NCBI GenBank assembly: GCA_964016885.1
Contig: OZ024748.1
Location: 3,472,001 to 3,536,000 of the forward strand
From: Eledone cirrhosa
Lineage: Eukaryota
DNA length: 64,000 nt
Direction of reading: 5' to 3'
Shown: positions 1-11,650 of the stretch, one piece after another
How positions within the stretch are numbered: position 1 is the stretch's first letter
Layout: each line of letters starts with the position of its first letter
Made by a program: the position numbers and the translations under genes
Notes under the pieces: model-generated
What the model was told of the DNA's origin: nothing
Seen by the model: only the letters and a program-made list of their open reading frames with translations
Database searches by the model: none

Positions 1-614
1 GTGGTGATGATGGTGATAATGGTGGTGATGAAGATGATGATGATGATGATATACTGATTAACCCTTTCGTGACAATAAATTTCTAACAAAAATTTATTGA
101 TTGTATGTTTCAATTAATTTTCTAAAAATTTAAAAAAAAATTTTAAATATAAAAAAAAAAACATTAAATTTTTTTTTTCTTTTTTAATTTAAACAATTGA
201 AAAATTCCAAGGTGGGATCTAATAAAATAAACCATATCTTTTTAATATGTTTTTTTTATATCATGTTTATATCAGTAGTATTTGTAGTTTAATAACGATA
301 TATTATCATAAAGAAATGATAACCAAAAGGAAAAATGCTAACTGGAAATGTTGCATGTTTCATGTAATTTGTGGAATAATGGCAGTTGGATTTAGATTGG
401 GGTTTTAATTTATTAATTTATTCATAAAAACATTTGAATACAGGCAATTTTGGAAATAGGTTGGTAAAGTAACATAGAAAAGGGTGTGGTTTAATTGTGG
501 GGGAGGGGCAGAGGAGAGAGTTTAGTTGGTAAAATAAACAGTTTTTAGTATCATAGAATAACCTCTTGGTTGGTTCTATGATACCAAACTGTTTATTTTA
601 AAGTATTTATATTG

Positions 615-735
615 ATCATCATCATTATCACTGTTTAGCGTCCATTTTCCATGCTTGCATGGGTTAGACAGGTCATCCAAGTCATGAGACAAGTCAGGCC
701 AGAATTAGCCATGCCATAGTACCATAGAACCACCT
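615..735 (-). mobile_element. Fragment of abundant SINE/LINE-tail family with (CAT)n tail (motif ...GTCCATTTTCCATGCTTGCATGGGTTAGAC)
   Basis: Same tail recurs at 4520-4680, 8185-8470, 18255-18300, 30600-30665, 33300-33540, 33625-33785, 35190-35450 and 39375-39425. Confidence 0.6.
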
Positions 736-968
736 ACTGGTTACTAAATTGTTTATTTTAAAGTGCTTATATTTATCTAAAAAATACCATTCCATTATAA
801 TATTATATAAGAACCAGTGTTATGCAATGTTTCACGAGATAGATAACGAGAAAGTTATTAAAATTAAATCCTTCCAAATTCTTGACCATCTTCAAAGATT
901 TATGAAAATCATTAGAAATATGGTCACGTTCTAACATAGGAATGGTTTTTCTTTTCATCTATTGTTAA

Positions 969-1170
969 CCCTTTAGCATTTAAACCGGCCATATCCGGCT
1001 AGAATTATCTCACCTCTTTCTATTCAAACTGGCTGTTCATACTGATATCTAGGTATTGTTCTCAAAATAAATAACATCAAAATCTCGTAGATTTGATATT
1101 ATGTGAGACAATTATCTAAGATAAATTTTTTTTACCATGAAAATACAATAATAAATATAGAGTAAATCCA
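969..1170 (+). mobile_element. piggyBac-type MITE, right end lost
   Basis: Starts TTAA-CCCTTTAGCATTTAAACC; internally homologous to the complete copy at 43241-43448. Confidence 0.65.
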
Positions 1171-2109
1171 TTTTTTCCATGCTGGCACAGTTTGAACACA
1201 AGCTAAAGTTTATAAAGGGTTCAGGTGATTAAGTGATTAAAGGTACAAGACAGGACACCAGTCCATTGGAAGGTTGGCACCAAGTGCTGCTGCTGTTGGG
1301 ATTAGAACAATGTGAAATGAAGTGTCTTGGATAACTTCTAGTAAATAAGTAGATGAAAACTGTTTGGAAGGTCATCAGATGGGTGGTACCAGTAATTCAA
1401 AGGGCCAGTCTTATCACACACAGTTTTATGCTGAATCTCCCTGAGAATTATATTAAGGGAGTATATATATTTGTGGAATACACAGCCACTTATGCATTAA
1501 TTTCACTAGGAGGCTGGGCTGTCCCATTGACCAAATAACTCAAACGCTCATCGTCGAAACTGACTGAAGTCCATTCCAATGGGTGGATGGATGGTAGAAA
1601 TCAATACAGGCAGATGGGAAGAATTTTCCGGGACAGATTTAATTAAGTAAATATATAGGTAAAAAATTATGGCAATTATTACAATTCACTCTTGTTGAAA
1701 CATTACTAATCAGTAATATGTGTGTATGTGTGTGTGTATGTCAGCATGAGTTTGGTATATGTGTGTGTGTATATATATATACACTGCTAGCATGCAAAGT
1801 GGACTTTAAATAGTATGTATATATATCATACATATATTATACATATATAAATATATATCATACATATATCTTTATATATATATATATATAGGTATGTGGG
1901 TGTACGTTAATATCCATTAGGTTTGATAGACAATCAACCACTTACACAAATGGTAATAATAATAATAAATAAATATATAAATATTGATTTATTTTTCATA
2001 TATTTTAATATATTTCTTCACATGGAGGGGGGGGTATGAAGAAAAGTATCTCAGTTTATGATTTGGCAGCTTCTCAAAACTAGAAATAATAATCAAAATA
2101 TATAAAATC

Positions 2110-2252
2110 AAATTAAATTAATAATAGATAATATATATATATATACAATATATACATATATATATTGTATATATATATATATATATATATATTGTATATA
2201 TATAAATATATATATATTGTATATATATAAATATATATATATATATATACAT

Positions 2253-2286
<34 letters not shown>
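2110..2286. repeat. (TA)n microsatellite
   Basis: Direct reading; source of the IY-repeat ORFs. Confidence 0.95.
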
Positions 2287-2289
<3 letters not shown>

Positions 2290-2477
2290 GAAATGTGGTA
2301 AGGAACCAGATGGACCATAACGCACCAGAGTACTCAATACTTAGGGTAGTAGAGTGGGAAATAGGAAAAAGTATGACCCCGACAGTATTTGTTCACCAAG
2401 CTAAAAATTCTAATTTAGTCCAGAAATACCCATCGAAACGGCTTGAGCTCTGCCGTCGGGGTCATACTTTTTCCCAT
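2287..2477 (-). mobile_element. (TA)n-embedded fold-back element, family A (putative Penelope-like pLTR end)
   Basis: Inverted arms GGAAAAAGTATGACCCCGAC / GTCGGGGTCATACTTTTTCC. Terminal GAGTACTCAATACTTAGGGTAGTAGAGT motif at 2328-2355. Other copies at 4795, 20101, 20387, 54489 and 55098. Confidence 0.6.
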
Positions 2478-2674
2478 ATATATATATAACCAATGTAGTT
2501 ATTGTTTGCTAAATTATAAATACAGAATATGTTCACTTTTACAGTAATAAAATTAACTAACTACCTGTAAGTTGTTTTTTTTAAAGTAATTTTTAAAATG
2601 GCTGCTACTGTGAATCAGATCCTTTTTTTTTGTTTTTTTTTGTAAATACAAAATAATGATAATTATTATTATTA

Positions 2675-2897
2675 TTGGTTTTTGATTTTGGCAAAAGCCA
2701 ACAATTATGGGGGAGGGGAAGTCGATTATATCGACCCCATTACATGACTGGTACTTTATTTTATCGACCCCGTAAGGATGAAAGACAAAGTTAACCTCGG
2801 CAGGATTCTCAGTTCAAATCCCCCCACAAGGTTAAATTTGCCTTTCATCTTTTCAGGGGTCGATAAAATAAAGTACCAGTAATGCACTGGGTCGATA
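2675..2897. mobile_element. Two inverted, head-to-head Meta-domain SINE fragments
   Basis: ACTGGTACTTTATTTTATCGACCCC...GATGAAAG (minus) followed by GTTCAAATCC...TTTGCCTTTCATC...GGGGTCGATAAAATAAAGTACCAGT (plus). Confidence 0.75.
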
Positions 2898-3144
2898 TAT
2901 TTCTGCGGTGGTGATCATCCATTCTTCAACAGACATCAGTCAAAATTTGGGGGATTTTTTTCTGTATAGTCAGAGCAGTGTCTATGACTCTTTTCAGGGT
3001 CTCCAAGACAGGTTGGCAGAAGGCGTGCATAACAAACACTGCCTCAGCCTTTCAATTAATTTCGGAAATAATCAAGAATTCTAAGAGATTTAGTAATATA
3101 ACTAACTTCCTCATAATTAAACTAGTGATTGGAACATAACTTAA

Positions 3145-3673
3145 CTCTTTAACATTTAAACCAGTCGAATTAGGCGGGAATTCTCTCACCTCTTTCTGTT
3201 CAAACCAGCCATAACCAGCCACTCATACTGATGTTAAGATATTGTTCTCAAAATGAATAATATCAAAATCTCAATATTATGTGAGGTAAAGCCTTTACCA
3301 TGAAAATATAATAGTAAATATAGAGTACTGAAAATGCTAAAGAGTTATAAGTTCATACACGAAATTTTGATGGAATTTCAAAGATAAATATAAACACTTT
3401 GCAACAAAGAGCTCTGTATTACGGAACCTAGGGTGGTTTCAGAAAATTTGGTAACAAAAGGGTTAATGGTTTAGCATTTACGTACTATATATTTACTATT
3501 ATATTTTAATGGTAAAGGCTTTACCTCACATAATATTGAATCTATGAGATTTTGATGTCATGTATTTTGAGAACAATACCTTAACATCAGTATGAGTGGC
3601 TAGTCACCGCCGGTTTGAACAGAAAGAGGTGAGAGAATTTTGGCCGGATATGGTCGGTTTAAATGCTAAAGAG
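3145..3673. mobile_element. Two piggyBac-type MITE copies in opposite orientation (about 3145-3346 plus; about 3468-3673 minus)
   Basis: TTAA-C(T/C)CTTTA(A/G)CATTT...AATGCTAAAG(A/G)G-TT termini; homologous to 43241-43448. Confidence 0.7.
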
Positions 3674-3960
3674 TTAAACAAGTCACATTGTCCGAATGCT
3701 TGCAACAGAATAGACTCTACAATAACAGACATACAACACCAGATGGCAGTATTAAAGAGGGTGGAGGATTAAGTTAGACATATATTACACATTTCAAGAC
3801 TGTTCTTTATGAAAATGATCAGAGATATCACAAAGGGTCTTTTTGTTTGTCTGTTTTTTTGTTGTTGTTAGAGATGACTCACAGACAAGCAGAGTTACAA
3901 ACATTAATCAGTTTGAAAAAGGATACACTACACACACACATATAAATATATATATATATA

Positions 3961-4103
3961 ATTGGTTACAACTGTGACATATACATACAGGTACTTAAGT
4001 TTCATTGGGTTATACACCCCAACTCATTCGGCATGTTATATAACTCATCCTATAGGCTGAGTGCTCTTACCCTTCAAGATTTCCACCAAACTTATACTAC
4101 AGT
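3961..4103. mobile_element. (TA)n-embedded module with inverted degenerate hammerhead and ACTCA...TGAGTGCTC terminus (family E)
   Basis: Minus strand 4037-3987 reads CCGAATGA-GTTGGG-gtgtataa-CCCAAT-GAAACTTAAGTA-CCTGT. Motif at 4043-4066. Confidence 0.45.
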
Positions 4104-4794
4104 ATATATATATATAGAGAGAGAGTGAGAGAGAGATATATATATATATAATGTATCCAGTGTACTCTGTAAGTTGGCAGTGCTGGTACCACAGTAAAAA
4201 GCACCCAGTCCACCCTGTAACAGATTTTGGGAGATAGAAACTGCGAGGAAGCTTTATATATATATAGAGAGAGAGAGAGAGGGAGAGAGAGAGAGATGTG
4301 AAAATTTACAATTTGTTTGTGACCAGTAACTTACTGGTTTGACAAAAAGAGACCAAGAAAATAAGTACCAGGCTTGAAAAAAAAAAAAGGACTGGGGTTG
4401 ATATGATTGCCTAAAATCTCTTGATGGTGGTGTCACTGCATGACTGCACCAGTAAAAGAACATATACATACATATATACATACATACACACACACATATA
4501 TGTAAATATGGAGGATGTTAAGAAGGGCATCCAGCTGTAAAAAAACAAATTTACAAATTTACAGTCCCGACAGAGCTAGGTATGGTATGGCCAATGCTGG
4601 CCAGACTTGTTTCTTGATGCGGATGGATGGCCTGTCTGACCCATGCAAGCATGGGAAAATGGACATGAAATGATGATATACATACATATATATATATAAA
4701 TATATGTATATATATGTAGCCAAATAATGTATTGTTGATGTAATAAAATATTTATAAATCCACACAGAAACATATATATATATATATATAAAAC

Positions 4795-4882
4795 AAAGGT
4801 ATTGTGGTAAGGAACCAAATGGACCATAACGCACCAGAGTACTCAATACTTAGGGTAGTAGAGTGGGAAATATATTTTCCTA
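4795..4882 (-). mobile_element. Family A 3' fragment in (TA)n
   Basis: Near-identical to 2287-2363. Confidence 0.65.
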
Positions 4883-5026
4883 TATATATATATCCACCTT
4901 ATGTTGATTGGTACTAGGCATAAAAAGAGCAGTTGTTGAATCTATAAAATTCGATATGATGTTTGTAACCTACTACTATCTTCATCTAGCATAGTATATA
5001 TCACCCACAGAGCTGTACACACACAA

Positions 5027-5078
<52 letters not shown>

Positions 5079-5245
5079 TATTATATATTAAATCAGTAAA
5101 ACTTAAAAGGCAGGAGGAGTTAAGCTGACTGCTGCTGTTGCTGCTGCACTCACAATTGTGGATTATTTGACAGGAAGACTGACCTAACAACATGTAACTC
5201 CTATAAAGCATTAATACATTTGGAAGGGGAAAAAAGCCAAAGCAA

Positions 5246-5424
5246 ATATATATATATGTGTGTGTGTCTGTATATATATGTGTGTGTGTCTGTATATATA
5301 TGTGTGTGCATGTGTGTGTGTCTGTATATATATATATATATATATGTGTGTGTATATATATGTGTGTATGTGTGTGTGTGTGTGTGTCTGTATATATATA
5401 TATATATATGTGTGTATGTGTCTG

Positions 5425-5455
<31 letters not shown>

Positions 5456-5484
5456 CTGTATATATATATATATGTGTGTATGTG

Positions 5485-5533
<49 letters not shown>

Positions 5534-5666
5534 CTGTATATATATATATGTGTGTATGTGTGTCTGTATATATATATATATGTGTGTATGTGTCTGTATA
5601 TATATATATATATGTGTGTATGTGTGTGTGTCTGTATATATATATATATGTGTGTGTATGTGTCTG

Positions 5667-5703
<37 letters not shown>

Positions 5704-5740
5704 CTGTATATATATATATATATATGTGTGTATGTGTCTG

Positions 5741-5771
<31 letters not shown>

Positions 5772-5800
5772 CTGTATATATATATATATGTGTGTATGTG

Positions 5801-5847
<47 letters not shown>

Positions 5848-5980
5848 CTGTATATATATATATGTGTGTATGTGTGTCTGTATATATATATATATGTGTG
5901 TATGTGTCTGTATATATATATATATATGTGTGTATGTGTGTGTGTCTGTATATATATATATATGTGTGTGTATGTGTCTG

Positions 5981-6017
<37 letters not shown>

Positions 6018-6060
6018 CTGTATATATATATATATATATATGTGTGTATATATGTATGTA
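5246..6060. repeat. Compound (TA)n(TG)n-TCTG minisatellite
   Basis: Repeating unit of (TA)n + (TG)n + TCTG. Confidence 0.95.
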
Positions 6061-6129
6061 CAAACAAACAAAAAAAAACAGGTAAAGCACACAGCAAGAT
6101 AAACAACAGGCTTGCGGGGGGGGGGGTAG

Positions 6130-6570
6130 ATTGAAAGAAAGAAGGGTGAGAGAGAGAGTTTTGCTTGAAAGAAAGACTGGTGTGAGGGGGGGGGGCAGAG
6201 GTTGGCGTGAGAGAAAGAAGGGTGAAAGAGAGAGGGATAAGAGAGACAGAGAGGGTAGATTGAAAGAGCTAGAGGGGAGAAAAGAGAGAGGTTGTCTTGA
6301 AAGAAAGAAGGATGAGAGAGAGGGAAGAGAGACAGAGAGGGAGGTTGGTTTGAAAGAAAGAAGGGTGAGAGAGAGAGACAGAGAGAGAGGTTGGTTTGAA
6401 AGAAAGAAAGAAGGGTGAGAGAGAGGGAAGAGAGAGAGAGAGGTGTGTGTTTGAAAGAAAGAGGGGTGAGAGAGAGGGAAGAGAGAGAGGTGTGTTTGAA
6501 AGAAAGAAAGGTGAGAGAGAGGGGGAAGAGAGAAACAGAGAGAGGGAAAGAGGGGGAGAATAGAGAGGAA
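6130..6570. repeat. Purine-rich (GA/GAAA) degenerate tandem repeat
   Basis: Recurrent TTGAAAGAAAGAAGGGTGAGAGAGAG unit. Confidence 0.85.
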
Positions 6571-6995
6571 AAATTATAAACCAATACAGCAAAAAAATCT
6601 AACAGGAAACTGTGGTGTTATAGGGTAGGGTGTTATATGTCAAGATGTGTGCTTCTTGTTTTTGAGGGGGGGTGTGTAGTATCCCTGAATTTCGGGTTAA
6701 ATGAAACAAATGTTTAAAGAGAACATTTTCAAATGCAACAATAATGTTAATAATAATAATAATGATAATAATAACTAGCACACACTCTCACAGGCTCTAT
6801 TCTAAAGTAATTAACAAACAGTGTTAGTTATTAGGCCTTCCAGGTTAATTAGAATTAAAAACTACTAGTCACTAATGTCCTCATTTAAATATTTTATATA
6901 CAGCTTCAGATTCACTCACACTGCAGACATTAATAAAATAAAATAATGCAGAGAGAGATGGAAGAAAAGGCTTCTGTTTAGCTGGTACCATGTTG

Positions 6996-7022
6996 GCAGC
7001 CATTTTGGGTTACCATAGTAAC
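6996..7022. promoter_or_regulatory. Candidate YY1 site plus RFX X-box
   Basis: GCAGCCATTTT (6996-7006) adjacent to GTTACCATAGTAAC (7009-7022), which matches GTNRCC-N2-RGYAAC, in unique sequence. Confidence 0.4.
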
Positions 7023-7271
7023 AATGAAGAAGTTATAGTACCTGGAAGAGAGTACTTCTAAAAAGTTTTCAAAGCTTTTCACCTCCTGCAAACTTTTTGG
7101 TTTTTAAATATAAACTTTTATATATTAACTGTTTTGTGACTGTATTTCTAATGAAATTCTGTTTCAATTAATTAAATAAACATTTTTGAGGAATTAACTA
7201 AAACTATTAATTATTTCAATAACTTATCATATAATTCTTATATAAAATTATGTTGGAAGATCTTAATTTAA

Positions 7272-7458
7272 CCCCTTACCATTTACATTACTCTATATAT
7301 ACTATTGTATTTTCGTGGTAAAGGTTTTATCTCACATAATATCGAATCTATGAGATTTTGATATTTATTTTGAGAACAATACCTAAAGATCAGTGAGTGG
7401 CCGGTTACAACCAGTTTGAAAACATCTGTCCAGATACAGCAGGTTTAAATGCTGAAGG
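7272..7458 (-). mobile_element. Degenerate piggyBac-type MITE
   Basis: TTAA-flanked; reverse homologue of 43241-43448. Confidence 0.6.
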
Positions 7459-7479
7459 CTTAAGTAGGAACCCCTGTGG

Positions 7480-7900
7480 ATCTACTAGAAGCTGCTAAAC
7501 TAGTTCCTATAATATGTGTCATCAAAAATAAAGTCCTGAAGCTGTCTGATCATGTAAAACATTCACAAAACAGTCTTTCTAAAACAGGTATGGAGGGTAT
7601 GATACAGGTTGAAAGAAACAGGGGTAGGGCACCAAATATGTATGAAGGGTGTGATAGAGGGTGAAAGAAATAGAGGTAGGGCACCAAATATGTATGAAGG
7701 GTGTGATTCAGGGTAAAAGAAATAGAGGTAGGGCACCAAATATGTATGAAGGGTGTGATTCAGGGTAAAAGAAATAGGGGTAGGCCATCAAGGTACTGGT
7801 GAGACAATGTCTATAAATGGTCTGGATTAAATTTATATGAACTAAAGACATGTAAAATAGGAAACTTTGGCAGGAACTAAGCTATGTTAGTTTGTAATCT
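7480..7900 (+). mobile_element. Degenerate RTE-clade LINE 3' end with internal 52-bp tandem repeat (about 7590-7785)
   Basis: IKNKVLKLSDHVKHSQNSLSKTGMEGMIQVERNRGRAP then W-DNVYKWSGL, resembling the RTE C-terminal motif (L.wfGHV.R...K..meG...G.R.RGRP..RW.D). Confidence 0.65.
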
Positions 7901-8591
7901 AGAGACAGGTAGAGACAGCAACAGTAATAGGTTCATTGATAGTTTAAACTATATATCTGTTTACCTGTTGATTGTGATGTAAAATAGGAAACTTTGGAAG
8001 GAACTAAGTCATGTTTGTGTGGAATATACCACAGGTAGAGGCAGCAAATGATGATGAGGAACCCTTTAAAATAGGTGGGTTTTGTTTCATATGACCAGGG
8101 GTGATTTTGGAAGGGTTGGTATCAAAAGGGTTAAATAAAATCTTAAATATTTCAAGCTGGATTATTGATAAGAAAGAAGTTCATTATCATCATTGTTTAA
8201 CGTCCACTTTCCCTGTTGGCAAGGGTCGGATGGGTCTATATAGACCAAGTTAGTACTGAAGTGGGGATACTGACTTCTCAGACAGACCACAAGGGGAGGG
8301 TCTGCATCTTGTTTACATATAGTCTCACCTTCTATCAAGTGCACAGGAGAGGTTGCCATGTCCGTGACACATCTGAAGGGTCCTCCCAACATTTGTTTGG
8401 CAAGCTTTCTACAGCTGGATGCCCTTCCTGACACCAACCACTTTACAGTGTGTACTGGGTGCTATTATTGTGTAGCTAACCAACACTAAAGAGGTTGTCG
8501 TGTCCTTCACACAACTGAAGAGTCCTCTCAACCCTTTGTTTGGCAGGTCCTGGTAAATTATTAGTTGATAAAGAAAGTATGTTATAATATA

Positions 8592-8672
8592 CAGGGTGTC
8601 CTACCAAAAATGTATACATACTTTTATTAGAATGCTGTTGAAGTGTGCATACATTTTTGGGGGGCACCCCTG
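8592..8672. mobile_element. Tc1/mariner-type MITE (80-100 bp family)
   Basis: TA-CAGGGTGTCC..AAAAATGTATACA / TGCATACATTTTTGGGGGGCACCCCTG-TA. Copies at 22042-22119, 51750-51848, 53686-53771, 53796-53894, 55030-55100 and a half copy at about 20575-20620. Confidence 0.75.
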
Positions 8673-8771
8673 TATATCAACATTTTACAACTGTTTTTCC
8701 ATGTTGACATATTTAGAAAACTAGATTTTATAAAAAATTAAAAAATATGGAAAAAATATCTTAAATGTAAA

Positions 8772-8935
8772 GGGCACAGGCAGTGTGGTTAAGGGTTTTG
8801 CTTTGCAACCACATGGTTTCAGGTTTGGTCCCACTTTGTGATACCTTGGGCAAGTGTGATCTACTGTAACTTCTGGACAACTAAGACAATGAGAGTGAAA
8901 TCTGGTAGATGGAATCTGTGCAGAAGCCTGACATG
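8772..8935 (+). mobile_element. tRNA-derived CORE-like SINE, degenerate
   Basis: tRNA-like head (GTGTGGTTAAG...GGTTTGGTCCC) followed by ACCTTGGGCAAGTG; (TG)n tail. Confidence 0.6.
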
Positions 8936-10384
8936 TGTATGTGTATGAGTGAGACTGTGTTTGTGTAAGTGTGAATGTGTGTGTGTGTCTGTATGTTTGT
9001 GTCTATGTGTGTGTGAATGTGTTTGTGTATGTGTCTATGTGTGTGTATGTGTATGTGTCTGTGTGTGTGAGTGAATGTGTCTGTATGTATGTGTCTGTGT
9101 GTGTGTCATTATGTTTACTTTTAAGTCCCACAACTCAGTAGTTCAACAAAGAGATTGAGAAATTATGTAACTTGAAATATACAAGTACTCTGGTAAATCC
9201 TGTCATGGCAATGACCCAATGACCCAACATAGCAGCAGTCTAGTGACAGAAACCAGTAAATGAGTAAAAGAATACTTTCAGGTTTCTAACTGTAAAAATG
9301 GAGGACAAACGTGAAGAAAGAAACCCACCGTTTATATGGTCCTTCCTTGCCCTCTTCAACTGAGTAAATAGAAAAATTAACAAATATTTGAAGGTTCCAC
9401 ATGTCTTGTGAGTCCATAGACACACCTGGTCACTTCCTGTGTAGAATATACACCTGGTCACTTCCTGTCCAGGACCTTGGAAGTTCCTCTCCCTGGACTA
9501 TACCTGGGAAGTTCCTCTCTATGCTGGAGGTCTGGTTTTGTATGGAAGACCAGCAGTCACCAATGTATGCAACTGATACAGTTTGGTACGAGTGACATCA
9601 CAGGTGAACCAACTTTAACAACTCTGCCAATATATTTAAGTTTATGCATTAAATCAATGGGGGGGGGGGGGGAATAAATATTTAACATATATCAGGTCTG
9701 AACATAATGGAATCAAATTCCAACTGTCAATGTCTCTCTTACTTTCCCCATCTTTCACTATTATAAGCAAATGGGGGCACACACGCAGGCTGCCCCACGA
9801 CCCCGGCAAACAGAGGATGGTGAGGGAGAGGCGTTAAGTTGAATATCTATCTATGCCAACTGCTAGGTCACCCATCTCACTTTTCATATGCCCTCCAAAG
9901 TTCTCTCTATCCATCATCAGTGTTCAGAACTCTCCTACAATACATACATTTGGTACCTTCCAGCAGGTTATCTTTTCTTTCCACCCTCGTTTGTGAATCC
10001 ATCTGATGGTTCTCACAGACTCCATCTGATGGTTCCCACTCACTGTCTCCTCATATAAGTTAAATAATAACAGCAAATAAAACTGTAGTAATACTGTAAA
10101 ATTCTACAACTCATTAACTCATAGTCGAGAAACATTTTAGATATATGATCAAGTATATTATTATTTGCTCTTTTGTCAGGGAGGAAAGAACATTGCTAGT
10201 GACTGTTTTTAGGGCCTCTGAGATGCTGAATGCTTGCAACAGAGTGGATTCTGCAAAAGGCATCAAAGAGCCTGGTGGTGATGTTAAACTATGATACAAC
10301 CCTTTTGTTATGAAACTACCTAAAACTATTCCTGGTTCTACAATACAAAGCTGATAGGTTCATAGTCTGACCAAGATACTCTCA

Positions 10385-10529
10385 TGGAATGACCAAATGA
10401 AGTTTATTTTTCAACATAGTCCCTGGAAAGTTATTAATATGAAGAATTGAAATTAATGCATGCAACATTTCACAGCTGTAGCATCACTCCTTCATAGTCA
10501 GTCTATGAACTTTTCAGCGTACCCTTGTA
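10385..10529 (-). mobile_element. Mariner terminal inverted repeat remnant
   Basis: Minus strand begins TA-CAAGGGTACGCTGAAAAGTTC, a mariner-like TIR start. Confidence 0.45.
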
Positions 10530-10872
10530 TAATCCAACTAACCAACCAACCATCTTGTCTTCTCCACTGAAACATAGAATGTTTATTAGTTACTTTCACA
10601 TGCTCAGAGAAGAAAGAAGTTGTAAAGTGATTCCCACATATTTAGATCCCATTCTCATAACACATTTAAAGCATTAGGTTACAAATTATATTGGGCTAGT
10701 CAAAATAGAGGAGGGATGTAAAGAAATAACTTACAAGTAAGCCTAATTTATGTGATGTAGTCTACTCCTCATACAAAAACAAATTTCTTTTTTTTAATAT
10801 TTCGTTTGAGATTTTTAAGAGTAATTGTCCTGACACATTTCTCCCTCAATGTATGAAAAAGATTTAAAGAAT

Positions 10873-10905
<33 letters not shown>

Positions 10906-11249
10906 TCATTTATGTTTAGTGGTTCACCACTGGATAGAACTGGTCACTCCATTTAGTTAATCATGATGTAATAGTAGGGAAAGCACTCTACGTTATTCAA
11001 CTGATGTTGAATCCTGTATATATATATATATATGTGTGTGTACGCAAAAGGTAAACAGAAATAACAACACAATTGGTACAGTATATGGAAGGGTGTATAT
11101 ATAAGAAAAGGCTTGCCAAAAACAAACCAAACCCATTAGGCATCATAATCGGATTTTTACCTTCTTCTATAACTACTCTGTTTCTTCCTATGGAGTACTC
11201 CCCTGAGTTGTGGTCTCCCTAGTCTTGGCACTGTAGACTTTATATATCG

Positions 11250-11442
11250 TGTTTAATATAGAAATGGCTTCTACAGGGATAGAACTGTTTCATTCAAAAG
11301 AAATCAGGGCTTTCCTGATGATTTCTTTTGAATGAAACACTTCTAGTCCTGTAGAAGCCATTTCTATATTAAACATGTTTATACTCTACTAATGTATTGA
11401 GTACCTTACTTACTGTGGTTACTCCCAATTGAACCTGGGACT

Positions 11443-11445
<3 letters not shown>
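11250..11445 (+). mobile_element. (TA)n-embedded fold-back element, family B
   Basis: Arms of about 60 bp (GTTTAATATAGAAATGGCTTCTACAGG / CCTGTAGAAGCCATTTCTATATTAAAC). CTGATGA at 11315, GAAA at 11334, TACTC...TTGAGTAC at 11382-11404. Copies at 17285-17430 and 33031-33205. Confidence 0.6.
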
Positions 11446-11480
<35 letters not shown>

Positions 11481-11484
11481 CATA

Positions 11485-11650
11485 TCTCAAACAAAAAGTT
11501 GGTTATGAGTTTGAAGTTTCAGTGGTGGTAAGAACTTCTTCAGGCTCCTTACTTTCTAAAGTAGAATTTATACTCTTCTCCTGGTGTATTGAGTGCTCAT
11601 TCAGTTTATGTTTGACCAGGACTGGGTGAACCATTAAGTAAAATAAACAC
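11485..11650 (+). mobile_element. (TA)n-adjacent module with inverted mini-hammerhead (family F)
   Basis: Minus strand 11548-11507 reads GGAGC-CTGAAGA-AGT-tcttaccacc-ACT-GAAACTTC. TACTC...TTGAGTGCTC at 11571-11598. Confidence 0.45.

Noticed and set aside
4942-6584. Long ORFs of 275-457 aa
   Set aside because: Translations of (TA)n/(TG)n/(GA)n repeats that are open in most frames; not genes.
8778-8798. Resemblance to miR-34 (GGCAGTGTGGTTA)
   Set aside because: It is the A-box region of a SINE head; no precursor hairpin.
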